A stretch of DNA of 63,072 bases, counting the filler, from Intoshia linei (taxonomy: Eukaryota > Animalia > Orthonectida), in assembly GCA_001642005.1 (NCBI GenBank). It is 9 parts of 9 records of this genome, joined end to end, with 100 filler letters (N's around TTAATTAATTAA, not from the genome) between each part and the next. Parts side by side here need not be neighbours in the genome. Positions count along the whole stretch, not along the records: positions 39,765 to 46,959 come from LWCA01001632.1; positions 47,060 to 48,138 come from LWCA01002807.1; positions 48,239 to 55,300 come from LWCA01001603.1; positions 55,401 to 58,507 come from LWCA01002145.1; 5 more parts are not named here. One strand, 5' to 3'. The translations under genes were made by a program, and so were the position numbers. How positions within the stretch are numbered: position 1 is the first letter of the stretch; each line of letters starts with the position of its first letter. The notes under the pieces were generated by a model. It saw nothing but the letters and a program-made list of their open reading frames with translations, did not search any database and was not told where the DNA came from. This document shows, one piece after another, positions 39,765 to 55,459 of this stretch.

Positions 39765-42700
39765 CAAAGCTTCATAAGTTTTATAAGATTCCAATAATTC
39801 AACAATCCTCAGTGGACCTAATTCTTGATGATACTTAACAGCAATTTTAATGCAGATTTTAAGGTTTAATTGTAAATTATTGGAAAGCATTTCCTTAATA
39901 CAATCAAAAGAATTTTCGACATTTAAAGTATTGAAAAATTGAATAACCCAATCTACATTTAATTGATTTGCATTCACTAGTGCGTGCTTAATATCATAAA
40001 TATCTGTATAATGTTCTATGGCTCGTTGTATGAGACCGGCAGACTCACATAAACCAGCAATTGTAGGACGATCGTAATAACTAAACATGTTGTTTCCCAT
40101 AATAGCATCTGCTACTTTAGGAGCTGCTTTCAAATTGACTTCCAATAACATCGTTTGCAAAGGTCCATCATTTGGATCATTGTTTTTCAAAGCTTCCAAT
40201 AAAAATGCAGTAAATTCTTTGATCATATTTTTTCTAACAAACAATTCAGCTACATCACGAACATTGGTTAACTGTCCACTTTCAATTAGCATATTGGCAA
40301 AAATAATACTATTTGATGCATCATGTTCAATAACATCATTCAAAACCACCGCATAATCTGGTTTCAATCCTATTTTATCGGCATATATAATTATATTTTT
40401 GTATTGCCCCGTTTTTGCCATACAACTAATAACTTTTGATGGACATTCTGCTCTAAGGTAAATTGACATGGCAAATTTAAGGTTATATTGGGAAATGACA
40501 TCGCCAAGTTTTTCCGTGTATTGCAATTTGTTCTCTTTTAACCATTTTTCAATCATGGAACTACGATCTTGAGATAAAGCTATCTGACAAATTTCAATTG
40601 ATTCGGTTTCATTCAAGGTAGATCTCTCCAACAATAATGCAAAGTATTGTAATATCCAAGGACTTTTTCCCGGTTGATTTGGTAATGATTTAAAATACTG
40701 GATATTTTTTTCAGTTCTTAGCATTCCTTGAGGTGCACTGGCTGCTAGTTTTATGGCATCTTCATATCTTTTTTCCTCACAGAATCGATTAAATCTAAAT
40801 TATTCATTTTTAAATCAAAAAAAATCTCAATATATCAATCTATTATAATTATAATAGATTACACTAGGGCTTATCAACCTTTTTTCATGCATCGCCCACT
40901 TTTTATATTTTTATGGTGATACATTTTATGATGTATAATGTTTTATTGCCTACCTGTAGAATAATCTATTTAAAAAATCAAAATTTTTAATGAATAAGGA
41001 AGTTTTTTGTAATTAAAATGTGATGTGAACCTTGACTTAGATTAGACTTAGAATTATAACAACGTTGAAATTTTAAAATCGCTCACGTTGGAGAGCCCTG
41101 GATTATAATCCTAACTTATATAATATGCTACGCGATTTTTGTTTGTTTCTGTGTCTGTATGTGTGTTACGCTTTATTTAAATAACTACCCGTCTTAGAAT
41201 TTTATAAAGTCCACATTTAAATTATAGTTTTTTCCGCGGTGTGCGCAAACATAATTTCAATCTCCCAATTTCACATCTTACGGGTCAAAAACCCCAGTTG
41301 TCCCTCTTTTTGAAAATTAAACGAGTTGGAGAATTTAAATAAATATATACGCTGATACAGATTTTAAAATCATAAACATTATCATAAATTTAAATGCTGA
41401 TGCGGATTTTAAAATCATAAACATTATCATAAATTTAAATTTAAAAAAATACACTGATGCGGATTTTAAAATCATAAACATTATCATAAATTTAAATTTA
41501 AAAAAATTATATTTTCAAAGCCAAAACCACAAATTACCCTTCTTTTTTTAATGAAAACAGTTAGAATTTAAAAAAATTTACAGGTGGTGTAGTTGTATCC
41601 TGTTAACACACAAAGAAATTTCAATGCAAATAAGTGACGACTTCACAGTCAAAAAAGCATTTTCGTATTAATATATTTTTTTTGTCAAAATATTTTATTA
41701 AAACAAAAAATATGAAATCATTAACAATCCGAAAATTAAAAAAAAGATTATTCTGATAGAGCTTATTTCAGTTAAAATAAAAACAAAATTTCAACCCCAG
41801 AAATCTACGCATTTCCGGTGAAAAATAATATTTAATATATTATCAACCAATATTTTTCAAATATTTTGATTAAAATCAAAAATTGAAAATATAAATATTG
41901 ATCCTAGTGCACCGGAATTGTCGGTTTTTTACCAGAAAAATTAAAAAATTTTGCAGAGTTTCCAGATGTTGTGTGACGTTATGTCAAAGTCTAGACGACC
42001 GCTACATTATAATTTCAAAAATCCCCCTTTTATCCCACCATTAATAATATGTAATAATATTAAATAAAAAATACCATTTTAAACCCTTTATGTAAAAATC
42101 GGTTATTCCAAACCTTATGAGAAAATCCTCAATTATTATTACTAATTTAACTCAAATTAAAAAATTCAATTTTACCAACCCTATAAAGCCTCAAGGAAAA
42201 AACCCTTTTCCGATATTTTTATGAAAAATTCGATTTTACCAAACTTTACTTGAAAAAACTCGTAATCCAACCACAAAATAAAAAATAAAATTTTACCAAC
42301 CATTAACGAAAAAATCTCTTTTTCCGATATTTTTTTGAAAATTCAAAAACAGGAATAAATAATTAATTGAATTATTTCATCAAAATTAAAAATTTAATTA
42401 ACTTGTTTCGTTTTGACTCTACTCTAAGACTGTCGTTCCTGATTAGAGCAACCCAAAAATGGACTAAATTTATAGCAAGTTGATGATAATTTGCTTGAAC
42501 ATTCCAAGCAAGCAAGCTTTATATTTTATATAAAATTGTTAGGTTGGCAAGTAAAGTCAATTGACAATAGTTAGTTACTGGCAAGCAAGCTACAACTCTA
42601 GCAAGCAACTTTAGTTAGTCACTGGAAAATTTTGATAGCAATTGGCAAATTCTTTAACGTTCAAATAAAATCACAAAATAAATAAAAATTGCTAACGTAA

Positions 42701-44219
42701 AACTGAAAATTGTCAATTTTGTCAATAACAATAACAACAACAGTTACTGTATTTAATGACAAATTGACAATGGTTGCTCTATTCCCGATTCAAATTGTGT
42801 ACGGATCCCAATTTCAAAATATTTATTTTTTTGGATCCCAAAGGAAGCATGAAATATAAAATTTATGAAAAAATTAAATAGTTGGTAAAACCGTGTTTTT
42901 TAAAAATATATTGGAAAAGTTGAAAACTCCTTCTATAGAGCTACAGTACATAAATATTAATAAAAGCTCATTTTGATTAAAATTACTTGGACACTATTAA
43001 TTCTTCCGAACCCTCAAGATTGTTTTTCGATGCAAATCGAATTGCTAATTCAGGATTTTTAATTTCGTTTTCAATGTGACTAATAATAGTTGTTTCGTCA
43101 ACACTAATGGATAAAACTTGTCCCTTTTTGTTTACTCCCAGAATACCAGATACTAGATCATGTGGACACGTAACAAAAATGGTATCACTGCTGATTCTGT
43201 TCATGTAGAGACACGCTGCACTTTCGATGTCATAAATATATATGAATCCTCTCTTGGTTATCAAGTAAACCACTCCAAATTTTTCACCACACTGCATAGC
43301 AACGGGGAAATCATCACTGGCTTCAGGAGGAAAAAAAAGTTCAACATTCCGTTTCGGGAATGGTGTATTTTTAGGCGCAGGTTGCCCAAGTTCAATGAAA
43401 TGAATCTAATAAATTAAACTAAATGAAATAAGTTAACAATTTAAATTACCAAAGACGCATTAGATGATTTAACTGAAAAAGAGATAATGTTGGATTTTTC
43501 TGGGTTATGAAACAGTTTAACCATGCAGAATACGGCTGCATGACCTTCTATGATTTGCGACGCTTTCTTTTCTGTCGAATAAAGTTGCATATTGCCTGCA
43601 ATTCTATTTTCTTTTGATGCGATAGATATAACAATCAGCCATGTTAATTCATCATTAGTTCTATAATTTATAATTTGAGAATCGATAATTGATTTGTTCA
43701 ATTCAAAAATTTTTGTGGGGGCTGAATCGTCATCAATACTCCAATGCAACACATTTGTCGAGGTAATAATGGCTATTTTATATTGAGATATCCATTTCCA
43801 AAAAACAACATTAGTGTTCATAGAATGTGATTTAATCTTTTTTTTCTGGTCAATATTGAAAAGTTGAATAGTCAATCCAGCTACCAAAAAATACATTTAT
43901 CTGTAATATAAAAAAAATTACCCCTCAAACCGATTATACCACCTTTCGGGTTCATAATAACTGCGTCAGCAGAAATTGGTCTTCTATTAACTTGGCTTGG
44001 ATTATTTAAATCAATTATAGCAACTTGAGTAGCATTCTCGTTAGATTTTTCACAAACGCAAATGTACTTGTCAGACTCCATTGTCACTGTTTTAAAACCG
44101 ATACTCGATGGGTCCACACCGATACTTGTCAACTAAATTAAATCCAAGTTGTATCATAATTTGTATTAATTAATTACCTGTAGCACTTCATTAAATTTTA
44201 TCGGCAAATTATTGCTCAT
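39765..44219 (-). CDS. CLTC: Clathrin heavy chain, N-terminal part; truncated at a spacer
   Basis: MSNNLPIKFNEVLQ|LTSIGV..TMESDKYIC..RRPISAD; GNMQLYS; LYMNRISSDTIFVT; PQGMLRT; AGLIQRAIEHYTDIYDIK. Confidence 0.97.
41112..41900 (+). repeat. Foldback-like repeat copy in the clathrin intron, with an internal three-copy tandem repeat
   Basis: Start CTTATATAATA..GTGTCTGTATGTGTGTTACGC; GATTTTAAAATCATAAACATTATCATAAATTTAAAT at ~41360, ~41404 and ~41462. Confidence 0.7.
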
Positions 44220-44715
44220 TTTATTTGATATTCAAAATAATAACTTTTATCTGTAAATTTAGACAATTATATGAAACCTATTTTATTAAATATCATCTTA
44301 ACTTAAGCAATAAATATTGACTCGAAACAAATAAATTGTTGCTACTATCAGAACTACCGATTGTGTTAACTTATACAACTTTATATTTTCTTTTTAAAAG
44401 CAACATAATGTTTTTTATATGGACTGGTATTAAAATATTTTTATTTTCAAAGAATGTATGATAAATTTACTGTATGATAGAATACTGTAATTCACAAAAT
44501 TTTTAAATATTATTCATTTTTTGTTTATTTTTTTAATGATGACGTGTTACTAATACATTTGCTATATTATTTATCAGTCAATCTGCTCAGAATTTATCAA
44601 CACTTTAATGTAAAAATGAAACATGTATGAATGATGAATAAATAATAAATTTGAAAGGCAGAATAGAAAAAAGTCATTTTTTCAACACATAGGGATTTTA
44701 TCTCAATTTCATTAG

Positions 44716-44914
44716 CCCATTTTCTCCCAAGCCAATTTTTTAATTTTTTTTTCTCCGATTTTAATAAAATTTTAGAATTTTACTAATTGAACCATTTAAC
44801 TATGTCCTACAAAATTTAAAAGAATTTGCTCTAGTAGTTATTTAGATATTACATGTGACCATATGGTCACGTTGGGAGAATGTGTACAAAAATAAATTTA
44901 AAATATATTTATTT
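44716..44914. mobile_element. Duplicate of the piggyBac terminal ~200 bp
   Basis: Near-identical to 45721-45920; ends at a single N. Confidence 0.75.
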
Positions 44915-45217
44915 NAAACTCATCATGAAACAAAAAAAAAATAAATTTTCGTATTAAAAATGGCTAGTATTTATCGCTTCAGTATTTTAATCTATAAAAT
45001 GTAAGTATTTTAGATGGTTTGTCAGTAGAAATATTGAATTTTCAGTTGATATAATGGATTCTCAGTGTTTTAGGTGTCAGTATAAATCAGGGGTTCCCAA
45101 ACTCATTTTTTCTACCGCCCCCTTTTAGCAATATATTTTCTCAACGCCCTTACAAAAATTTTCGACTACGTCGTATATATATTTAAAAATTTACTTATTA
45201 TTAATGTGTGTAATGAG

Positions 45218-45379
45218 TAGGGCGGCCAAAAGTTAATTTTTGTTATGTTAATTTCCTAAAAGTCGATTTGAAAAAAAATATTGCAAAATAGAAATTTACA
45301 TTTGTCAATTTGAAATATTTTATAGGTTAATAAAGTTACATAATTTTTTTATTTTATAGGTTAAAAAAAAACCGCCCTA
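45218..45379. mobile_element. Small hAT-type MITE nested in another hAT MITE that starts CAGGGGTTCCCAAAC at ~45088
   Basis: TAGGGCGG/CCGCCCTA ends; 8-bp TSD GTAATGAG/GTCATGAG. Confidence 0.7.
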
Positions 45380-45720
45380 GTCATGAGTCATTATGTGCAA
45401 AGTCGATATTTAATAATTAAAAAAAAAAAAATATATATTTATTACGGTCACTTTTTATATCAGTAGATCCCCAACTTGCTATAAAAATATCCCCTTACAA
45501 CCAAAAAATTCATCAACGCTCCACTCTATCCATCTAAAATAGTTTTTTGGGTATACAGTGTTTTTATATATTTTTTGCACTTTACAAATTGTTTGAACAA
45601 AACTCCATTGTTTATAATTAAATAAAGTACAAAAAAATATAAAACCACTTGTAAATAGAATATTTAATTGATTTTATAATAAAATTTTACAAAGAAAAAT
45701 ACAGAATGTAGAATTATTAA

Positions 45721-46959
45721 CCCATTTTCTCCCAAGCCAATTTTTGAATTTTTTTTCCTCCGATTTTAATAAAATTTTAGAATTTTACTAATTGAACCAT
45801 TTAACTATGTTCTACAAAATTTAAAAGAATTTGCTCTAGTAGTTATTTAGATATTACATGTGACCATATGGTCACGTTGGGAGAATATGTGTACAAAAAT
45901 AAACTTAAAATATATTTATTAATAATTGTACAAAATAATTTCTTTGAATGGAATTTTTGAATATATTCTAAATGAAATATATTAATTAACAATTAATGTA
46001 AATGAATTTACCTTTATATTAATTATAATTATTTAATTAAAAGTATAATTTACCTTAATTATTTGGTATGGTATGAAACATGCTACACATAAACCTACGT
46101 CACATTTTGAACATTCAGTGCGACCAACACTACTACATCTTAGCATTACACACCTTATTCTTGTATTGCGTGAAACATTCCTAACCAAATGAGACGTATC
46201 ATCATATCTCAATTCAGAAAAATTGCAATTATACCTTTTCCGCTTATTTTTTAGGGGTAGACCATATTTTTCTAAATAGTACATAGATATTCTCTGTCTA
46301 AAATGAAGATTGGTAATATTGATTCCACTCTCTTTACATAATACCCATGCATCCTGTAACTTGTTGTCTTGATACATAACTTGTTGTCTTTTGTTCAGTC
46401 CGGCGAATCCTCATCGGTTAAGTCGTGAGCATCAGGAGGATTAATAAATATATAATAATTTAATGGTTCAAATGCATTCTAATAACTTTATTTATTAATA
46501 AATTTATTAATTATTAAAATTCAATTAAAATAAATTTAATACAAAATGTATAGCAAAATGACTGATATAAAATATTTCATACATTAAAGTTAGCATATTC
46601 TCCCAATGTGACCATATGGTCACACACGCTTAAAAGTGGATATATTAAACTACTGGTTGAAATCCTTCCTAATTTTCAGAAATCATAAGAAATGAATGTA
46701 TCCATAATATTGTTTATCTAAAATTGAACCTAGTTGTACATAACCTAGATCAAAAAATCTTCCATTTTCAGTTTATTTTTATTTCAGAACAAAAAATGTT
46801 TTTACCTGTGGACACTAAGTTACGACATTATTAACCTAATGACCGTCAAAAATACATTGTAAATGCTTACACGATTCTAAATATGCCATGCATTAATATT
46901 TACCCTGTTTAATTCAAAACTTATTCACCTTTTAATATTTTATTTTTGTGTGACCATAT
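45721..46959 (-). mobile_element. Internally deleted piggyBac element with the transposase Cys-rich C-terminus
   Basis: TTAA-CCCATTTTCTCCC terminus; ORF 46033-46377 RIRCVMLRC..RTECSKCDVGLCVACF; subterminal palindrome GTGACCATATGGTCAC at both ends. Confidence 0.88.
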
Positions 46960-47459
46960 NNNNNNNNNNNNNNNNNNNNNNNNNNNNNNNNNNNNNNNNN
47001 NNNTTAATTAATTAANNNNNNNNNNNNNNNNNNNNNNNNNNNNNNNNNNNNNNNNNNNNATCGAGACCAGCTGAAAAATAAAATTATATTAAATTACTTT
47101 TTTTAAATGATCAGAGTTTCAGATTTCTAAAAAACATAAATTATGCGAAAGTTTTTAAAAATTTTTTAATATGCACATATTTATAGTTACATTACAATAA
47201 ATTTGACAGTAACAATGAATTTTTCCAGTAGCATGAGTATAAGGACTCCTGATATATGCTACGATAAACTAAATAAATTGAAAATGGTTGATAATATTTT
47301 TATAATTCTGATTTGTTGTCAAATTTATGAATAATATGATAAAAACTACAACTAAACATAACTTTAGGATCTTTACTCAAATCAAACAATTTATGATGTG
47401 GCCAAGGATTTTAGAAATGAAAGATATTCATATTATTAATTTATTAAATAAAAATTACA

Positions 47460-47729
47460 TAACATCGGCAGCTTCCGAAAATGTGCAACAACATGAAATG
47501 AACGATTTTCGTATCATGGGTGTAAAAATTAATAAAAGTAGTGGTGCAAATGTAAAATATATAATGTACATAAAATCCATTAGTACCAAAATTCCGACAG
47601 AAACAGATACGCTTTCATCAATATAATAACTATATATCTGTAGTCCAATTCTGGGAGCCAAGAATATCAGGAATAAGAATAATAATGTTACATAAATTAT
47701 AAAGTTTTGTTTTGCATAATCAAATGATT
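47460..47729 (-). CDS. Exon of a divergent 7TM/GPCR-like protein (TM6-TM7-helix 8)
   Basis: AG/GT-bounded exon KSFDYAKQNFIIYVTLLFLFLIFLAPRIGLQIY...FMYIIYFTFAPLLLLIFTPMIRKSFISCCC: two hydrophobic helices, an amphipathic helix and a Cys cluster. Confidence 0.6.
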
Positions 47730-48563
47730 TCTAAATTCAATCCATTAATGATTAATCTTTACTGTAAACATGACTATTCACATTATCATTCATCATCTCA
47801 TCAGTAATTCATATTATCAGTTTTTTTTTAATTGTTTCAATAATTTAAGATTAATATTAAATATAAATTAGTAATAGACTATATTATTACTAATACAATT
47901 CCTTGTTAACGGAAAAAAATTCCTGAATAACCGACTGTCAATTTTTCTAAAGTATAAAAATTAAGTCAAATTTTAACTTAAAATAACTAGCATCATCATT
48001 GTACAATAGCCTTTTAGGTTCAAATTAAAAACTTAAGATACGTAATATAATTACTAGGGCAATTATAAGTCCAAAAAGTCAAATTTTCACAGATTAATTA
48101 GAAAATTCTTACGAGTATCATGATATTAATATTATGCCNNNNNNNNNNNNNNNNNNNNNNNNNNNNNNNNNNNNNNNNNNNNTTAATTAATTAANNNNNN
48201 NNNNNNNNNNNNNNNNNNNNNNNNNNNNNNNNNNNNNNTCAATAAAATTAGCATTATCATCGAATTTTTAGTGCTATAAAATGTCGACTCTATTTATTAG
48301 ATTCACTATTTTTAATTATGTTTTTAAAAAATATTGTTACCCAAAATAGTTCACTTAATGACTTAAAATATATAATAATCGTTTTATGTAAAATAATATT
48401 AATATGATATTATTACGGTAACTAGGAGACACATTTCCCTCTATCTTTCAGAATATGCATTTTGCAATTCGGTCTATCATTTAAAAATAAAATCTAACAG
48501 AAATTTTTTTAAAACTGTAAAAATGTTGTCCTGTGTTATAATTAAATATTTTTAAATATATAG

Positions 48564-51064
<2,501 letters not shown>

Positions 51065-51225
51065 ATATTATTCTAATTTTACAAGACCTGCATTATAATG
51101 TTTAATAATAATTCTTTAATCAACTTTAATTAAATTATTTTTAATTACGATTCAATATTTTAAGACAAATCACACGATGTGATTCATATCAAGTAAATGA
51201 TAAAGGAATTTATAATGAGTTTAAT

Positions 51226-54200
51226 TCAATTAAATTTACATTTACTAAAATCCATTTCAGGGTGTTGATTTTTAAATCTAATTAATACAATATAAATGAA
51301 CATTTGTGAAATAAAAAAAATACAAATTTGCATAAATTACTTTTCAAACATGTCGAATTTATTTTGGTCGTCAGTAGATGGTAATCCTTGTTCTTTTCGT
51401 CTCTGATCAACCATCATTTTTTCAACCATTGATCGTGTTTCTCCGTCCAAATCAGATAACTGTAAAAAATGTAATCATACAACTTTAATTAAGTACTTTG
51501 GAATTTTCAGGTTGAATTTTTTTTGTGTTTATTACAGGATCAGTTGTTATAAGTTTGTCCCACCAACTCATTTGATCAATCTAAATCATTAATTTATAGA
51601 TGTTAAATTTGTGGTTTTATGGTATTAGCTTCATTTTGCCACAATTTTTATGCTAAAAATCTACATTAGAGTAGATGACCAATATATGGTAAAGTTCTAG
51701 TAGTTAATTAAATTACAAGCAAGCTACAAATAATTGTAGAACTATATGGTATATAAACCACTTTATCATATTACCTTGTCAAATTCAATGACCAATATAT
51801 CTTTTTTTGGTATCAGCCAAGACGATTCGTCTACTTTAATTTCTTTACAAAGTTCTCCATCTAGTAAAGCTTCATTGTCACCAATTTTAACGCAGAGTTT
51901 CTAAATTGATATAAAATTAAAAAAACTATTCTCCATGTGACCTAAACATATAATTTTTACAACCAAATGGAAATTGTAGGCCCCTATCATTTTTTCTAAA
52001 AAATGGAACCTCTATACATAACTTAATCGTTCGTTCATTATCTCAAAATTAAAAATAACTGTTGGAAATCCCATTGGTTATCGAAATATTGGTATACGTA
52101 AGAAATTTTTCAACTTCACCTATTAATAAATTAAAAAAGTAGGCCCCTCATGACTGTAGACTCGGGCCATATGAACCCTAATACCCTCTCCACCATCCTG
52201 TGTATGGTTGAATTAACATTAAACATATTTTATCATAAAAGCAATTAAAAAAACGTCAACCATTTATACCGCCTGTACTTAATTTCTGTATAACCTGAGA
52301 TAAAGACATAACCATACATCAGATAACACTAGACAACACTGAAAAATACATCTACATAAAAATAATATCATCTTGTGGATAATCTAGCGCTGATTTTAAT
52401 GATATATATTTATAAGTTTTAGTTCATATAACCCATTTATTAACACTTTAAATGTTAAAAAAATATAACAAAGTTTCACTTTAATTACTTTAAAAAAGGT
52501 GAAGTTTTTTAAGTTTGCATATTTATTTATAAATTTAAAATGCATGTCTACGAAATAAACGAAACATTATTGCTTTTGATGTGGTATATATTTGCCAAAC
52601 ACTAAAAAATATTACTCTATAACTGATAAATGTAAAAATTTGATAATGCAAATATACAGTTTAATATACGAGAATCAACTTTGAAATCCCTCAAATCTAT
52701 ATCAAACGTGCCATTCGTCTATAATGAGATTTAAAAAGAGATTTGTGACACCTAGAATATGGAAACATTCAGAAAGTGCGAATGACTGCTATTTCTGTAT
52801 TCTGAAAAGAAGAAAACAAACAAATAAATTAAGCCTTTACTCTTATCCGACCACCATAAGTTCAACTTTACCAATTCCAATAGAAGTATATAATTTAGTT
52901 TCATCATCTCAAGAAACAGTTGTTTCAATGTATACTGATAAATTAAATTTATTAATAGATTTTTTTTAAATATCAATAATATCGATAAATAAAAATATCG
53001 AACTACATCTTTTCCTTAAATTTGGATTTAGACACTAGAATGTATTGTTAAAAGGTTCATTATAGCTCATATCAGATGTTCATCCGGTTAAAGCGCCTGT
53101 CGTCAGTTAAATTTTTGTACACCTGTAATTTATTTAATATTCATTTCTTTTTAATTTAAATGTGATCATGTAATTATCCGCTATCAATTCCATAGATATT
53201 GAAAAAAAAAATTTAAATCTCATTATATACTATAATTAAATTAAAAATTAAGAAACTAAAATTAATTAAAATAGCTTAGTTGCTATGATGTTGTAAATCA
53301 TTATCTTTTGATAGCGAACTGTAAAATTAAAAAGAGAAGTATCATGTTGATCAGGAAAATTTCAGCTTTTTATTTGTATGGGTCTCATGCAGATCCTCGA
53401 AAAAAGTTTTAAATTTGTTGTCTAGTGTAATAAACATTTAACTTTGCCTTATTACAGTGATCATATTTATTCAGATCTCCCTAACTGTATAATTTTTTTA
53501 TTTTGACTTATATTGAGTATTACCTAAAGTAGTAGTTACGTCAAACTTATTATATTAATTATTATCACCGTGGTTCTTAGTAAGTAAGTACAAACTTTAC
53601 ACATTGTCACAGAAAGTGACACGAGCTAATAATTTGGAAGAAACTCAGCATTTATATACATAATATAATAAATCTGATACTCCCCTAAAATATTAAAATT
53701 CCTCCAAGGTAGAAATTCCCCGGTTGAGAAGCACAAGTATTAAGACAAAAAACTAATCATTAGACATTCTATCCAACCTAAATTTTTTGATAACGTTTAC
53801 CTTTTTTTGAATTTTAACAACTAGATTTTTTTTTAAAAGCTTTTGATCCATTTTTGGTAATTTCACAGTAACCTAATTTAAAATTAAAATTCATATTTCG
53901 TATAAACAATCAAAAAAAACCTCGACATCCTTAAGTGTTTGGATCCAGGAATAATTAACCAAATCACACCCGTTTCCACTATTTGGCTTTAATTTTCCCT
54001 TATCTTCTTCATCCTCTTCTTCAGCAGCATCCACAGTCGTTTCAACGGGTTCAATCTAAATAATTGTACATAAAATCATTTTTAGTGCATTTCTAACAAT
54101 AATTTAAACTTAGACATTCACAATATATAAATTGTTTTGTCATGAACCCTCGTAAAAAGATCAAGCATTATAAATAAAAAACTATTATCATGATTTTTCA

Positions 54201-54849
54201 TTCTCTGGACATGTCAGTACAGCTATTTTAAAATTTTAAAATTTTAAAATGTTAAAAAAAAGATATTTGAAGTGAACATAATCAACAAATATTTTTCATT
54301 TTAAATAAAGAAACTTAAAATACTAACCATTTTCACATTACGGTTTAAAAAGTTTTCCCACTCATGAATCATAATCCACATGAGTAACAGCTGAAATATT
54401 AATGGCATATAAATTAAAAAACCTTTTTTTTATTCAGTTCTTTGGCTTCATCTTCAGTGATTTCAATTATACCGCTTTCGGTCTTTTTCTCTTCTTCTTT
54501 TTTCTTCCTGATCCTTTCCAGTCTCCTTTTTTCCACCTTTTCATCTTCTAAATCAATTTCCTTTTTTCGATTTAAGGCGATTTCCTTATATTCATCAAAT
54601 TTTTTAATAACCAACTATAAATAATAATAAAAATTTAAATTTTTGACAGTTTGCTACATCTCGAGAAGTTTTCAAGTCAGCATTTCCAGTATAAAAATCG
54701 GTTTTTCTCGATAAAAACCCAAAAAATGAATCCAATAGCTAAAAATGATAATTTTATCTTTTTTATCATAAACTTACAGAATTTATTCCTCCGGGACAAT
54801 TTTGAGCCATCGTCATAAACATTGCATCAAAGCGTTCAATATTTTCCAT
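51226..54849 (-). CDS. NUDC: Nuclear migration protein NudC, about 9 exons, complete
   Basis: [16 protein letters not shown]; [12 protein letters not shown]; [19 protein letters not shown]; KVDESSW; [16 protein letters not shown]; [13 protein letters not shown]. Confidence 0.95.
52327..53427 (+). mobile_element. Deleted DNA transposon in a NudC intron
   Basis: TIR CACTAGACAACA/TGTTGTCTAGTG followed by TA; remnant [16 protein letters not shown] resembles the P.VWREP...DCYFC motif of a TA-targeting transposase group. Confidence 0.65.
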
Positions 54850-55459
54850 TGTAATTAAATTAACTTAATTTAATTTGACGATATTAAATTTCTGTGATAG
54901 TTACTATGATTTACCAAACATGTATTGCATAATTATAATGCATTTTGTATGATTTTGCTTTAATGTGTGGATTTTAAAATTTTAACTTGAGTAGATTCTG
55001 GGTTTTAAAATCAATTAATCAAAATTTTTTAATTTTTGATTTTAAATGTAGCTATACATCTGGTAATTCTACGGTATACACTGTAGATTCAGGGCCTTTA
55101 TGACTTTTGGAACATTTCTTAATTTTTTTGAAATGTTAAAAGCAAATACAGTTAATGTATATTACGGTATAAATTTAACTAAAGTGGCCAGATTTTTAAC
55201 GTACTAAATACGTACTAGTTACTTAGAAACCAAAATGAAATTAAATTTAAAATCTCAGTCGAAATTGAATTTAAAATTAATATTTATTTATACATTTATA
55301 NNNNNNNNNNNNNNNNNNNNNNNNNNNNNNNNNNNNNNNNNNNNTTAATTAATTAANNNNNNNNNNNNNNNNNNNNNNNNNNNNNNNNNNNNNNNNNNNN
55401 GTCATCAAATACACCTTTTAATATCGTTCACGCACATTTTTGAAATAATGAAAACAGAA

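Noticed and set aside
48421-48435. Peptide TRRHI just upstream of the Smad exon, matching the expected preceding residues
   Set aside because: In-frame stops lie shortly upstream and no GT donor follows; probably chance or a decayed fragment.
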